64,000 nt of DNA from Nitrososphaerota archaeon (GCA_041641295.1 JBEPYO010000001.1:832001-896000), one strand, 5' to 3'. Numbered from the stretch's first letter, positions 1-10,300 are shown. The notes: generated from the sequence alone by a model not told the origin. A program made the numbers and translations.

Positions 1-190
1 GGTTCGCCGCGTTGGGTGCAGCCTCGACCGAGATAGGATTCAATCCCTTCTTGACCAGCTCTTGGATGACCTGCTGCAGGCTCGGCCCAGCGTCCGGAAT
101 CCTCGCCCCCAGGCCAACCACCCGCCTACCCGGAAAATGACCCAGCAGCAGGAGGTCCCTGAAAACAACGTCTTTATTCAACATGGCCAT
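1..190 (-). CDS. Partial hypothetical protein (N-terminus; runs off the window)
   Basis: Open frame from ATG at 190 (MAMLNKDVVFRDLLLLGHFPGRRVVGLG...) to the window edge, with an AT-rich promoter-like stretch upstream. Confidence 0.55.
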   Translation of the reverse strand, partial: MAMLNKDVVFRDLLLLGHFPGRRVVGLGARIPDAGPSLQQVIQELVKKGLNPISVEAAPNAAN

Positions 191-243
191 ACGTTTTTGT
201 GCTATTATTTATTTCTTACGTCGCGTCTAAATAAGATACACGT

Positions 244-1782
244 CTATTCGCCGTTCAATACTACGACGTCCAGCGCCATGTTCATCTCCCTGCAAAGCCT
301 GTAGATCCTCTTCTGACACTTCCTGACATACACCTTCATGTACTCTGGCGGGATCTCGATTCTCAGCTGGTCGCCCACCACCCTCAGCCTGTATCCGCGG
401 ATGTGCTTCCCAAGTATCGATGAGGCGATGTCCGCCACCTTGTTGTCTGCCCCACCCTCGCCGCGTCCGCCACCCTCGCCTGCAGGCACTATGAAAGTCC
501 TCTCGCCGAAGACGTATAGCTCATACTCGACATTCCCCGTCAGGAAGTCCTTCACCAGGACAGTCGGCCTGGCCAGGTCTGCCTTCCTCAACCCCCTCGG
601 AACCTTCACTACAACCTCTAGCGTGTATATCTTGGAGACAGCGCCCTTATCCATGAATATCACAGTGTCTATGACGGATGGGATTACGCCGATGTCGAGC
701 CTCTGGGCTATCCGCTGGATTGCGTCGATGGGCGTCGTCGCGTGGATGACGCCGACCATCCCAATCCCCGCCAGCCTCAGGTCGATGAATATCTTGAAGT
801 CGTCCGTATCCCTCATCTCGTCGAAGACAGTGTAGTCCGGCCTGCTGAGCAGGAGGACGTCGTAGAGCTCTCCATGCGTTGCCGCCGACTTAGAGTACTG
901 GGTGATCTCGCTCGAGACCTGTAGGTCGCGGGGGCTCTCAATCGTCTTGACTACCATGCCGAGAGACCTGTAATACTCCGCCAGGGCTTGGGCGAAGGTT
1001 GACTTACCCATCCCCGGCGGCCCCGCTACGAGTATGCCCTCAGCCTTCTCCACAAGCCTCGCCATGAGGCTCGGGTGCAAGTCATAGTCCTCGAGACTCT
1101 TCCTCACTATCGGCCTCACGACAGTAACTTCCAAGCCATCACTCAGCGGCGGCCTCGTGATTACTATCCTGAAGTCGCGGAGCTGGACGATCATGGTGTC
1201 GCCCTTCTCCACCTCTATGAACGACTCCCTCCCAAGCGTCGAGTAGACATCCATCATTATCTGGGCTATGATGAGCTCGAGCTCCTCCCTACTCATCGGC
1301 TTGGCAGACAGCTCCTCAAACCTCCACGCGCCAGGGACACCCTTCTTAACCCTCGGAGGAACGGACTCCTTAAGGTGGAGGGACATTACACTCCCTTGGA
1401 ATATCTTCTCGAGGTCTAGTATCTTGCTCGGAGCGAGGTATCTGAACTTGATTGAGAGGGCCTCGCAGAGCCTAGCTGTAACAGGGTCTGAGGTCACTAT
1501 CTCTCCTCCGCTATTCGCTGCAAGAGTCCTCAAGGCGGTCCTCAAATCCGCCGCGCCACCCTCAACGTCCACGATCTCCAGAGAGGCTCCAGCCCTCTCG
1601 CACGCCTCCCTCAAACTCTTGAAAGCGTTAATCCCCGCCTCATCCCCCCGCCTAAGCTTCTCCTCCAAACTCCTCAAAATCCCAGAGTATATCAGCACCT
1701 TACCGCCAAAACCATTCTCCAAAACCCACCTCTCCATAAGCCTAGACGTGATAACTAGCTCATCCGGAATAAGCACCCGCAT
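244..1782 (-). CDS. PIN-domain ATPase (PINA / PINc-VapC family ATPase)
   Basis: N-terminal PIN-like region; Walker A GPPGMGKST; IESPRDLQ, RPDYTVFDEMR and GMVGVIHA motifs. Confidence 0.9.
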   Translation of the reverse strand: MRVLIPDELVITSRLMERWVLENGFGGKVLIYSGILRSLEEKLRRGDEAGINAFKSLREACERAGASLEIVDVEGGAADLRTALRTLAANSGGEIVTSDPVTARLCEALSIKFRYLAPSKILDLEKIFQGSVMSLHLKESVPPRVKKGVPGAWRFEELSAKPMSREELELIIAQIMMDVYSTLGRESFIEVEKGDTMIVQLRDFRIVITRPPLSDGLEVTVVRPIVRKSLEDYDLHPSLMARLVEKAEGILVAGPPGMGKSTFAQALAEYYRSLGMVVKTIESPRDLQVSSEITQYSKSAATHGELYDVLLLSRPDYTVFDEMRDTDDFKIFIDLRLAGIGMVGVIHATTPIDAIQRIAQRLDIGVIPSVIDTVIFMDKGAVSKIYTLEVVVKVPRGLRKADLARPTVLVKDFLTGNVEYELYVFGERTFIVPAGEGGGRGEGGADNKVADIASSILGKHIRGYRLRVVGDQLRIEIPPEYMKVYVRKCQKRIYRLCREMNMALDVVVLNGE

Positions 1783-1920
1783 GCCCTTACGCTACGACCC
1801 TCTACACCACTACCACCCCCGCCTCTCTATTTTAAGATAGAGAGGCCGCCGAGACCACCCCCTAACCCCACCAGAGCCAAAAACTAAGGAATTTACGAGA
1901 ATCTTAGCGTCTCAGCACTA

Positions 1921-2985
1921 TCACTGGATTCTCTCCCACCTGCCGCTCTTCATAGACTTGTATGCTGCGTCTAGGATCTTGTTGACGAGGTAGCCGTCCC
2001 TGTAGGTTTCCCTCGGCATCCTCCCATCAGAGAAGGCCTGTATGAAGTGTTGGAGCTCGTGTAGGTAGCCGTAGAGCTCGTGTTCGCGCCATATTGGGTA
2101 CATCCATCCCCGAGCAACCTCCGCCTTCTCGACCACGTAGCCAACCTTCTCCTCCGGCGCCACCGTGAAGACCCTTACACCTGTCTCCCGCGTAACGTCT
2201 ATGAACGCTGCACCCTCAGAGCCGTAGACCTCGTATCTAAGGTCCAGCCCCCCATGGGCCGCCCAGCTGTTCTCAGACTGGCCCACCTGCCCGCCCCGAT
2301 ACCTGACAAAGGCGAGGCTGTTATCCTCAGCCCTAGTCCTCGCACCATGAACTAGTGTGGCGCCCCAGCCCATAACCTCAACCGGCTCATCACCGATAAA
2401 GTAGCGCGCAACCTCGACTGAGTGGCAGCCCATGTCTAGCAGGGAGCCGCCGCCCGAGAGCTCAGGGTTCCAGAACCAGTCGGAGTGCGGCCCGAAGTGA
2501 GCCTCCCTCGTCCTGACCCAGAAGACCCGCCCCAGCGCACCATTATCAATCATCTCCTTCACCCGAGTGATCTGGGGGGTGAAGACCTGGTTCTCGGCAT
2601 ATCCGTGGAGGACCTTATGCCTCTCAACCGCGTCAAGCATCTGCCTCGCCTCTTCGGCGTTCCTACCCAGGGGCTTCTCGCAGATTACGTTCTTCCCGTT
2701 CTCGGCAGCGTGTATTGTGGCTTGGAGGTGGAGGAAGTTGGGGAGACAGATGAGGACAGAGTCTATCTCCGGGTCCCTACACAGCCTCTCCAGATAGTTG
2801 TCGCCATGGTATGCCTTCTTCACGCCGAACTTCTTGGCCAGCTCCTCAACGGGCGCCTGCCTCCTACTCCCTATCGCCACAACCTCGACGTTTGGAATCT
2901 CCTTCAGGGAGGGTAGGTGGAAATAGGAGACGACGAAGCCGGAGCCCAGTACACCTAGCTTTACGGACCCCATACCGCGAACCAC
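1921..2985 (-). CDS. Gfo/Idh/MocA family oxidoreductase
   Basis: Rossmann GSGFV, CEKP and GGGSLLDMGCH motifs. Confidence 0.9.
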   Translation of the reverse strand: MVRGMGSVKLGVLGSGFVVSYFHLPSLKEIPNVEVVAIGSRRQAPVEELAKKFGVKKAYHGDNYLERLCRDPEIDSVLICLPNFLHLQATIHAAENGKNVICEKPLGRNAEEARQMLDAVERHKVLHGYAENQVFTPQITRVKEMIDNGALGRVFWVRTREAHFGPHSDWFWNPELSGGGSLLDMGCHSVEVARYFIGDEPVEVMGWGATLVHGARTRAEDNSLAFVRYRGGQVGQSENSWAAHGGLDLRYEVYGSEGAAFIDVTRETGVRVFTVAPEEKVGYVVEKAEVARGWMYPIWREHELYGYLHELQHFIQAFSDGRMPRETYRDGYLVNKILDAAYKSMKSGRWERIQ

Positions 2986-3039
2986 TCTATTATCTAGACC
3001 AGTAAAAATCTTTGCCTTCTGCTGGCCTCCGCCACAGAG

Positions 3040-3993
3040 CTAGGCGGCCCCGACCCGCGCCCGGCTCAGGGCCTCAACCCTCCTTATCGCTGCGAGCGAC
3101 TGGCCAAGCATGCACAGCCCCCAGAAACCGTTCACCAACGCGAGGGAGTAGTTTATGCTTGCGTAGAGTGAGCCGGCTAGCGACCCAACATCGAGACGGC
3201 CATTGTTAAGCTCGTTCAAACCAGACCAGAGAATCATGAAGGGAAGGGATGTGCCGAATAATAGGCCCGTGAACCAGAAGATCCTGTCATAGTGTATCAG
3301 CCTGGATATTCCGCTAAGCCACTTGTCAAGCGAGTACTGGAAGCCCTGAAGCTCGTCTCTCCCACCATTCAGAAGCCTATCTGCAAAGTGTATGCTCTGG
3401 CTGTAGAAACTCCTCTCTAGGTTTCTGGCCTGCTCAGCCCGCCTGACATAATACTCGGTTGTAGCGAAGAGTGGTGGGACTAGAGAGAGGGAGATAAGCC
3501 CAAGCAGTGGGCTGAGCTGCATCATAGCCGCGAGCGAGGCCAGCATAGTCAAGAAGTTTGGTAGAATCACGGTAAGGCTCGTTGAGTTGTTCCAGATAAC
3601 AAAGTCGACGTCGCTCACAATCCGCCCTATGACGTCTTTGGAGTCTCCCCCTATGGGGGCGGCGCGGTTCACAATACTCCTCTTAATCTCCACGATTCCC
3701 CGCGCCATGTATTGCCAGAAGGGCTTTAGAAGCCACTCGCTGGCCGAGACAGCTACCGCCACTACCCCGAGCGAAAGCAGTCCTTGGTTTAGAAGTCTAG
3801 CATCGGGGGGCGAGGAGCTTAAAGCAGCCACCACATCCCTCAGGATTAGTGGAAGCATCATGCCTAGGGCTATGGACCTTATGAGGAAGGTAGCCGAGGC
3901 GTAAACAATCCCCCTGAAGGTGTTTCCCCGCCCAACACCTTCAAGCATAAACCTCGTAGTAGTCCCGAGCATCTCAGCAATCTTCAGAACCAT
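3040..3993 (-). CDS. ABC exporter transmembrane-domain-only protein
   Basis: About 6 TM helices; DVIGRIVSDVD and GRLDVGSL motifs; ends before any nucleotide-binding domain. Confidence 0.7.
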   Translation of the reverse strand: MVLKIAEMLGTTTRFMLEGVGRGNTFRGIVYASATFLIRSIALGMMLPLILRDVVAALSSSPPDARLLNQGLLSLGVVAVAVSASEWLLKPFWQYMARGIVEIKRSIVNRAAPIGGDSKDVIGRIVSDVDFVIWNNSTSLTVILPNFLTMLASLAAMMQLSPLLGLISLSLVPPLFATTEYYVRRAEQARNLERSFYSQSIHFADRLLNGGRDELQGFQYSLDKWLSGISRLIHYDRIFWFTGLLFGTSLPFMILWSGLNELNNGRLDVGSLAGSLYASINYSLALVNGFWGLCMLGQSLAAIRRVEALSRARVGAA

Positions 3994-4187
3994 CGACGAG
4001 AATACAGCCTAAGCCCACCATTTTAGGCTAACCCAACTGAGACTAGGGAGAGAGTACAAACTCATTCAGCAGACCATCTCCGACAAGGACGCGCTTCCAG
4101 CCTGTCCATTCCCATAATTTGATTAACACATGTGATTTTAGAGGCGTTTATAGACGGGTTTATATTATCCACCGGTATTACCATTAT

Positions 4188-4451
4188 GTGTTGGCTGGCC
4201 TAGCCTCGGTTAAGGAGGTGAAGGTGAGTAAGACGCTCAAGCGCTACTGGAGGCTCCGGGTTCCGAGGGAGCTGGCCCGGGGCGCCGCCTTTATCGTGAT
4301 TGAGGCAGGTGGGGAGAGGTGGCAGGTAAGCCTGGACAGGCATGGAAGAGTCTACGTGCCCACTAGGCTCAGGCCAATGTTCGACAAGGCTAAGACAATA
4401 GTCATGAGGCGTGAGGACGACACAATAGTTGTCAAGCTCCTCAGCTTCTAA
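4188..4451 (+). CDS. Small AbrB/MazE/MraZ-like DNA-binding protein
   Basis: Two swapped-hairpin-like repeats (LKRYWRLRVPREL; LDRHGRVYVPTRLR); GTG at 4188 lies ~25 nt after a TTTATA box. Confidence 0.6.
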   Translation: MLAGLASVKEVKVSKTLKRYWRLRVPRELARGAAFIVIEAGGERWQVSLDRHGRVYVPTRLRPMFDKAKTIVMRREDDTIVVKLLSF

Positions 4452-4467
4452 AAACCCTGATTTCTCC

Positions 4468-4668
4468 CTATTTGGAGAAGAGCTTCCCCTTCACGAACAG
4501 AACCAAGACTAGAGTGTTCCAGAGGAGGCTAAACACAATCCAGAGGCTTATTTCCAAGGCTCCATAGAGCCTCATGCTCCTGAGGTATAGGAGGCCCAGG
4601 ATTGGTGGGAGAGCTAGTATGAGGGCGAGGGTCGTTGCACGGCCAAAAATCCTTGCATAATGCGCCAT
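4468..4668 (-). CDS. Small two-TM membrane protein
   Basis: 66-aa ORF with two hydrophobic segments. Confidence 0.6.
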   Translation of the reverse strand: MAHYARIFGRATTLALILALPPILGLLYLRSMRLYGALEISLWIVFSLLWNTLVLVLFVKGKLFSK

Positions 4669-4707
4669 TTCACAGCACGCCCCTCCCCTCCCACGCCTAT
4701 AGCCCCC

Positions 4708-4962
4708 TCAAGCCACCCCCTTCATCCCAGACCTAATCCTCGCTAGGAGCCGCCTATGGGTTTGGCTGGCCCTTATAAGCCCCGTCTTAAGCGCACCCCT
4801 CTCATCCCTGCTGATGTTCTGCCTCCTCTTCAAGTCTATCTTAACAGATTCCTCTATCCGTTTCACCGCCAGCCTGACCGGCTCGATCTCCTCCCTAATC
4901 CTGCTGGTAGACTGCGACCAGAACCCCCGAACTCTCAACTTGGTCTTAACATCAGCCGCCAA
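4708..4962 (-). CDS. Hypothetical basic protein
   Basis: ORF co-oriented with its neighbours. Confidence 0.5.
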   Translation of the reverse strand: MAADVKTKLRVRGFWSQSTSRIREEIEPVRLAVKRIEESVKIDLKRRQNISRDERGALKTGLIRASQTHRRLLARIRSGMKGVA

Positions 4963-4997
4963 TACGCCCTTACAGGGGCGGAGCCTGTATTTAGTGT

Positions 4998-5813
4998 CTA
5001 ACGCCTCCTCAGGTCCTGCTGCGCCTCACTAACCCTCGCCTCAAGGAGCCTCAGAACCCTCTCAGGCTCGAGGTCTATAGGCCTTCCGCAATAGCTGCAG
5101 TGGAGCCTGAAGAGTAGGTGTTTAGCGCCCGCCTCCCTGCAGACCTCCTCGCGGGGTAGGTGGAAGAAGTTCAGCTCCCTGCAGACTGTGCAGGGTATCT
5201 TGACTATCTCTCCCTCCATCGGGAGGGGGTCTTCTTCGAGGAGGCCTGAGACTATGTAGAGGCGCTGGACTGGGACTTCCCTACCACTCCTCTTGAGGAG
5301 CGTCTTGAGCCTCTCCAGCTCGAGCTCTTGCAGAGCAACCCTCTCCCTGAGCTGTGCAGTAGTCCTCTCCAGCGACCTGTAAACCCACCTGGGGACAAGG
5401 TAGCTCTGCAGGGCCGGCAGAAGGGCTCTGGCGACAGTCTCCTTGGCCCTCTCCGCCGCCCTCGAGTGAGCACCCTTCGCAACGGCTAGCCTAGCCAGGC
5501 TCTGGAGCGCCTCGGCGGCGTTCTCCAAGTTGTCAGGGTTAATGTCTCCGCTCAGTATTACGCGGGCTACCGCCTCGCCCAGCTCCGAGGGCTGGGGACG
5601 GCTCGCCCTCCTTGCCAGGGCGTCCTGCAATATCTCGAGCGCCTTCTCCCTCTCCGACAATACACCATGCCTCTCAAGCTCTCTCAGGACTGAGACTAGG
5701 AAGCTTGGCCCCGTGTTGAGTCTTCTGAGCTCGGCTATTAGCTCTCCGAACTCCGCTGAGGAGATGAAGACCATTGAGTCCCCGCTACTCTCATCGCCCG
5801 GCAGTAAATTCAC
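4998..5813 (-). CDS. Hypothetical protein with coiled coil and C-terminal Zn ribbon
   Basis: CTVC...CSYC pair; helical N-terminus; GGAGG upstream. Confidence 0.7.
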   Translation of the reverse strand: MNLLPGDESSGDSMVFISSAEFGELIAELRRLNTGPSFLVSVLRELERHGVLSEREKALEILQDALARRASRPQPSELGEAVARVILSGDINPDNLENAAEALQSLARLAVAKGAHSRAAERAKETVARALLPALQSYLVPRWVYRSLERTTAQLRERVALQELELERLKTLLKRSGREVPVQRLYIVSGLLEEDPLPMEGEIVKIPCTVCRELNFFHLPREEVCREAGAKHLLFRLHCSYCGRPIDLEPERVLRLLEARVSEAQQDLRRR

Positions 5814-6059
5814 CCCCAGCCCTCCACCAACACGTAGAAAAAAGCTTTAGCGAGATGACCGAGGAGAACCGACTTCTCAGAGAATACCCTGAGCATCTCT
5901 AACCACTATCCCATCCTCCAGAATCCACCCGTCACACATGTTGAGGTGGTCTCGAGAATGCGGACTGTCCTGAAAAATTCCTTTGATTGGGGCTTCAGAA
6001 AAATTGTGTTGAAAAGCTTAATATCTTCTCCGAGGAGCGGTTGCTGCCAGGCGGTTTGC

Positions 6060-6434
6060 ATGGGGCTTGGACTCTACGCCTCGGCTATCGCCCTCCTGAG
6101 CACGCTCGCAACAGCCTACCTGACATACGCCGATAACCCGGTGGGGTGGCTCGTCATACTCATAGGAGGGTTTGTCTCAGGCCTCCTATATGGGCTGGCC
6201 TACAGGTTCAAGGGCCTACTCCTCTCCCTCATGATAGCTGTGCTATTCGGCCTCGGAGTCTTCGCAGGGATTGCAACTAGACCCTACGTCTCCGGTGGCG
6301 AGGGCCTACTAGCCGGCCTAAGATTCATAGTGGTTCCGATAGCTGGCGCCGCCGGCCTAATCACCTCCCTGATAGGCGGAATAGTGGGCGCGTTGGCGGC
6401 GAGGAGAAGGCCTAGGGTTCTGAACAGACCCTAA
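6060..6434 (+). CDS. Membrane protein (about 4 TM)
   Basis: Hydrophobic Gly-rich helices; ATG at 6060 preferred as start. Confidence 0.65.
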   Translation: MGLGLYASAIALLSTLATAYLTYADNPVGWLVILIGGFVSGLLYGLAYRFKGLLLSLMIAVLFGLGVFAGIATRPYVSGGEGLLAGLRFIVVPIAGAAGLITSLIGGIVGALAARRRPRVLNRP

Positions 6435-6515
6435 ACCTCCACGCCTTTGAACATCTCCAGCAGGGTGGGGAGGGGCTGAAACATTTTATAAGACTCGCAG
6501 CGCGGCTCCTCTCCG

Positions 6516-7301
6516 ATGGCGGTCATAGGCCTAGTTGGTGGGTCTGGAATCTACAGCGCCGAGATGCTCAGCGAGGCTAGGCAGGTTAAAGCCTACACGC
6601 CATATGGCGCGCCGAGCGCGGCCCTAACTGTAGGGAAGATGGGCCCCCACAGGGTCGTCTTCCTACCAAGACATGGAGTCGGCCACAGCATACCACCCCA
6701 CATGATCAACTACAGGGCGAATATCTGGGCCCTGAAGGAGCAGGGTGTGGAGAGGGTGTTAGCTCCGAGCGCTGTTGGGAGCCTGCAGGAGGAGTATAGG
6801 CCGGGCGAGCTGGTCCTCCCCGACCAGTTCATCGACCGGACGTATGGGAGGGCCTCAACATTCTACGACGGCGGCCAAGTAGCCCACATATCCATGGCAG
6901 ACCCCTTCTGCCCAGAGCTGACCGACATCGTCTACAGCGAGGCCCTCAGGCTCGGCCTCCCAATACACAAGGGCGGAACATACGTCTGCATCCAGGGCCC
7001 AAGATTCTCCACACGCGCCGAGTCCAACATGTTCAGGGCCTGGGGCGGCCACATAATCGGCATGACACTCGTCCCCGAGGTCACGCTCGCCAGAGAGGCT
7101 AGAATGTGCTACCTAACAATAGCCATGATCACGGATTACGACTGCTGGAAGGAGGGGTGGAGAGTAACCGCTGAGGAAGTGGTCAAGACAATGGCTGCAA
7201 ACGTTGAGAAGGTCCAGAAACTACTCGCCCGCGTCATACCAGCCATACCCGAGACACGCGGATGCAGATGCGCCCACTACCTCGACGAAGCACTCCTCTA
7301 A
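6516..7301 (+). CDS. mtnP: S-methyl-5'-thioadenosine phosphorylase
   Basis: GGSG, RHG.GH, NYRANIWALK, GPRFSTRAES, IGMT and TDYD motifs. Confidence 0.93.
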   Translation: MAVIGLVGGSGIYSAEMLSEARQVKAYTPYGAPSAALTVGKMGPHRVVFLPRHGVGHSIPPHMINYRANIWALKEQGVERVLAPSAVGSLQEEYRPGELVLPDQFIDRTYGRASTFYDGGQVAHISMADPFCPELTDIVYSEALRLGLPIHKGGTYVCIQGPRFSTRAESNMFRAWGGHIIGMTLVPEVTLAREARMCYLTIAMITDYDCWKEGWRVTAEEVVKTMAANVEKVQKLLARVIPAIPETRGCRCAHYLDEALL

Positions 7302-7347
7302 AAGGAGCCCAGCAGGCATCAACATTTTGTAGAAAAATGATGGGATT

Positions 7348-7866
7348 TTAAAGGTCGATGCTGCCTACCAGTTCTAAATAGAAGGAACCATCACCAGTTA
7401 TTTGGCCAGTGTATGTTCCGGAGCCGTGGCCGTGTGTGAGAGGGTCGCCTAGTCTTTCAGCCACCCTAGTTATCTGCCAGCTGCCGCTAAGTAGTCCGCC
7501 GTCCATCAATCTGCCCTCAAACCTGCCCTCAACAACCTTGCCACCACTCAAATAGATGATGAACACGCCGCTATTACGCCCCTCCATCCCGACAAGACTG
7601 CACGGCCGCTTACATACCGAGTCTTCTATAATGACTATTGTTTCACCCTTTCCATCTCTATCTATGTCTTCGACAGTTCCATGGTACATGCGGTTTCTGG
7701 TGATGAGGTTTTCTCCAGCAGTGTATATGAAGCCCTGGCAGTGTTCATGACTATGGGCTGTGACAGTCACATCTAATATTGGCTGTGGGGGAGCGGCTGT
7801 TGCCACAGCGGCCAAAAAGACTACCACTGCAACGACAGCGGCTATGCCTAACAAAACTCTCTTCAT
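7348..7866 (-). CDS. Exported hypothetical beta-rich protein
   Basis: Signal peptide MKRVLLGIAAVVAVVVFLAAVATA. Confidence 0.7.
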   Translation of the reverse strand: MKRVLLGIAAVVAVVVFLAAVATAAPPQPILDVTVTAHSHEHCQGFIYTAGENLITRNRMYHGTVEDIDRDGKGETIVIIEDSVCKRPCSLVGMEGRNSGVFIIYLSGGKVVEGRFEGRLMDGGLLSGSWQITRVAERLGDPLTHGHGSGTYTGQITGDGSFYLELVGSIDL

Positions 7867-7969
7867 TGCAAAAAGAAGAATGTAAAAACAGGTAGATAAA
7901 ACTTGTCAATCACAAGGATGACAGTAGGCAGCAGCCCCAAAGACCATTTGTCTGCTGCGGGTGTGGGGG

Positions 7970-8857
7970 TTACGGTGTGACGCCGAAGCCTGCTAGGAAC
8001 TCTAGTGAGTCGCGGATGTCTGTCCTGTAGGCAAAGGCCGAGCCCTTACAATTGACGTTCAGCACGAAGCTGTTTACCGCCACTATCAGCTCCTCACCAT
8101 TCTCATTCCTGTGTAGGACTGGGCCACCGGAGTCGCCGAAGCAAGTGCCGCCTGGCCCAGTGCCGAGGCCGGGGTCATTAGAGTATTGGAGGTTGTAGCC
8201 GTCAGTGAGGGCGCTCCGCAGATTTATGAGAGTGACCGTCGCATTGTACCGCTCACGTATGCCCATGTAGATGGGCTTCACCAGCTGGAGCCCGTAGCCG
8301 ACAACCGTGAACTGTACTTCCTGTAGTCCGCGCAGTGTAGCTAGGGCGTCAAGATATCCGGCCGGTGCCAGCTTGCCGAAGCCCCTATTGGTTACAGGCT
8401 TCTTAAGCACGACAACACCTATGTCATGAGTATTCGGGATGGTTAGGTAGCCGGTCCATTCTGGGTGGGGGACAGGCTTGCCCCAGTAGCCGCCCGAGCA
8501 TGGATAGCCCCTATACCCAACACAGGATCCGTCGCCAGGATAGTTCCCCCAACGAATTGGCCCCGCATCGAACCAGACCTGCGCGTAGGATGGCTTTATG
8601 CCTGATTCAGGGTCGTATCCCGTACAGTGACCTGCAGTGAGGAGAATAGTTGGCGCGACCAGCGTACCGGTGCAGCGCCAGAGCGGCACCTTGTTCTCAT
8701 CATAGAAGACTACGAGGCCGACATACGGATGAGCGTTACCGTCAGGCTCACCATACTGGACCGCCGAGAAAGGTGTGAGAGCCACCAGCATGAAGAGCAT
8801 CACAACCATGGCTACGTGTACCGATGTGCGTACGCATCCTAGGATGTTTAGAGCCAT
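7970..8857 (-). CDS. Secreted trypsin-like (S1) serine protease
   Basis: Catalytic triad motifs TAGHC, HDIG and GDSGGP; signal-like N-terminus. The ORF-track extension to 9367 overlaps mptE and is rejected. Confidence 0.88.
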   Translation of the reverse strand: MALNILGCVRTSVHVAMVVMLFMLVALTPFSAVQYGEPDGNAHPYVGLVVFYDENKVPLWRCTGTLVAPTILLTAGHCTGYDPESGIKPSYAQVWFDAGPIRWGNYPGDGSCVGYRGYPCSGGYWGKPVPHPEWTGYLTIPNTHDIGVVVLKKPVTNRGFGKLAPAGYLDALATLRGLQEVQFTVVGYGLQLVKPIYMGIRERYNATVTLINLRSALTDGYNLQYSNDPGLGTGPGGTCFGDSGGPVLHRNENGEELIVAVNSFVLNVNCKGSAFAYRTDIRDSLEFLAGFGVTP

Positions 8858-8922
8858 GGCTATAGATTGCCTCAGCGCGTTTAAATTATTTTCTGAGATT
8901 GATTGTATGGAGAAGCTTGCCT

Positions 8923-9729
8923 TCAGGGCTTTAAGGCGCTTAGGGCCTCTTTGAGCGGTTTCTTCTTGAAGCCTTGGGGGAGCTGCCACTCGGCCTGGGT
9001 GGCGTCTATGAATTCTATGTCCTGTCTTGTCTCGGCGAGCCAGGAGAGGAGCCTGTGGGCGTAGTCGAGCTTCATCCTCTTCATACGGAGCCAGTCTGGG
9101 CTGGACGCCTTCAGCTCGGCTGAGAATCTTCCTATACGGCAGGTGAGGCACATTCCGATGGTTACTATTTTTCTGGCGCCGAGGGCCGCTGCGAGGAACG
9201 CTGCCCTGTCGCCGTCGGTGAATCCGCCGAAGTTGTGTATGTGGCCCCGTGGGGTGCATTGGCAGGTGGCCTCGACGCGCTCGGGCAGCAGTGGGAGGTA
9301 TTGTCTGAGCCTCTCGATGTTGTCTCCGTGGGCGTGGACAACCACGACCGAGCCCCTCCTCCAGCACTCGTGTATGTCCTCGAAGACGCCGTCCAAGTCC
9401 GTCACGACTATGTCTGGTGTGACTCCCGCCTCGAGCAGGGGTGTAGTCGCAGTATCGGCAGAGATAACTGCCACGCCCTTGTCCAAGTTTTCGGCGAGGA
9501 TTCTAGCTTCTTCGCCGACTGTGTCGTATGCGCCCACCACCACTACGCATCTGGCCCTGCTGAGCCTCGAGACCAGCTCCTCCCTCAGACACCTCTTATC
9601 CGACATGAAGCTGGAGAGTATCTCGGCGGCCTCCTCATCCCTCTCAGGGGGAAAGCCGAAGTCCCTGAGTATTCTCTGATACCAGTCCAGCCAGCCCCGT
9701 TCTAACATACCGACTAATGAAATATCCAT
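8923..9729 (-). CDS. mptE: 6-hydroxymethyl-7,8-dihydropterin pyrophosphokinase
   Basis: VTDLDG, HAHGDN and NFGGFTDGDRA motifs. Confidence 0.9.
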   Translation of the reverse strand: MDISLVGMLERGWLDWYQRILRDFGFPPERDEEAAEILSSFMSDKRCLREELVSRLSRARCVVVVGAYDTVGEEARILAENLDKGVAVISADTATTPLLEAGVTPDIVVTDLDGVFEDIHECWRRGSVVVVHAHGDNIERLRQYLPLLPERVEATCQCTPRGHIHNFGGFTDGDRAAFLAAALGARKIVTIGMCLTCRIGRFSAELKASSPDWLRMKRMKLDYAHRLLSWLAETRQDIEFIDATQAEWQLPQGFKKKPLKEALSALKP

Positions 9730-9821
9730 GTTCTACGGTATAAGTGTCTATGTATCCGTATTTACCATGCTAAACACCTGCCACTCCTTTCCATCGTGGG
9801 GTCTAGGTGCGATTATGCATC

Positions 9822-10300
9822 CTATCTCCCCATTCTTGGTGTAAGCTGTGATTCTAGAAGACTTTGATACGGCTGAGTTGCGTTGGCTGGTTTGTATAGC
9901 CTTACCTCTATAGAGGCGCTATTTTGTAAGGGCTTTATAAGCTCATAGATTAACACCCCATTAAAGTATCCGTATTCAACTCCCTCTACCTCTGTTATCG
10001 CCCTAGCGGAAATCTCCATAGAGCCGTCCTTAGAGTGGGACTTGACCGTAACTTTGTCATAAGAGATGGTGACCTTAACCTCATCAATAGTCTCGCTAAA
10101 GAGCTGTCTAAAAGACTTCATTACGATTAGAGCCTCGGCCACCTTCTCAAGGTTTTTAAGCCTAGGCGGTCTCCTCAACTCACAAAGTCCTTAAAAGACT
10201 TCCTGCCCTCGATACTACCGCTAACACGTATATCGATTTCGTAGTTCTCCTCGTCAAGCTTTGTGTAGGTGTATGTAACTACTGGGTCTCCCGTCAATAT
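9822..10300 (-). pseudogene. Truncated, frameshifted sliding-clamp (PCNA/beta-clamp)-like gene
   Basis: ORF 9822-10178 shows a clamp-like helix/strand pattern (EALIVMKSFRQLF..DEVKVTISYDKVTVKS..YGYFNGVLIYELIKPL..IEVRL). A 41-codon open frame upstream runs into CRISPR repeat 1. A paralogous remnant lies at 53872-54020. The fold assignment is inference. Confidence 0.5.

Noticed and set aside
8858-9367. N-terminal extension of the protease ORF
   Set aside because: Overlaps mptE in another frame
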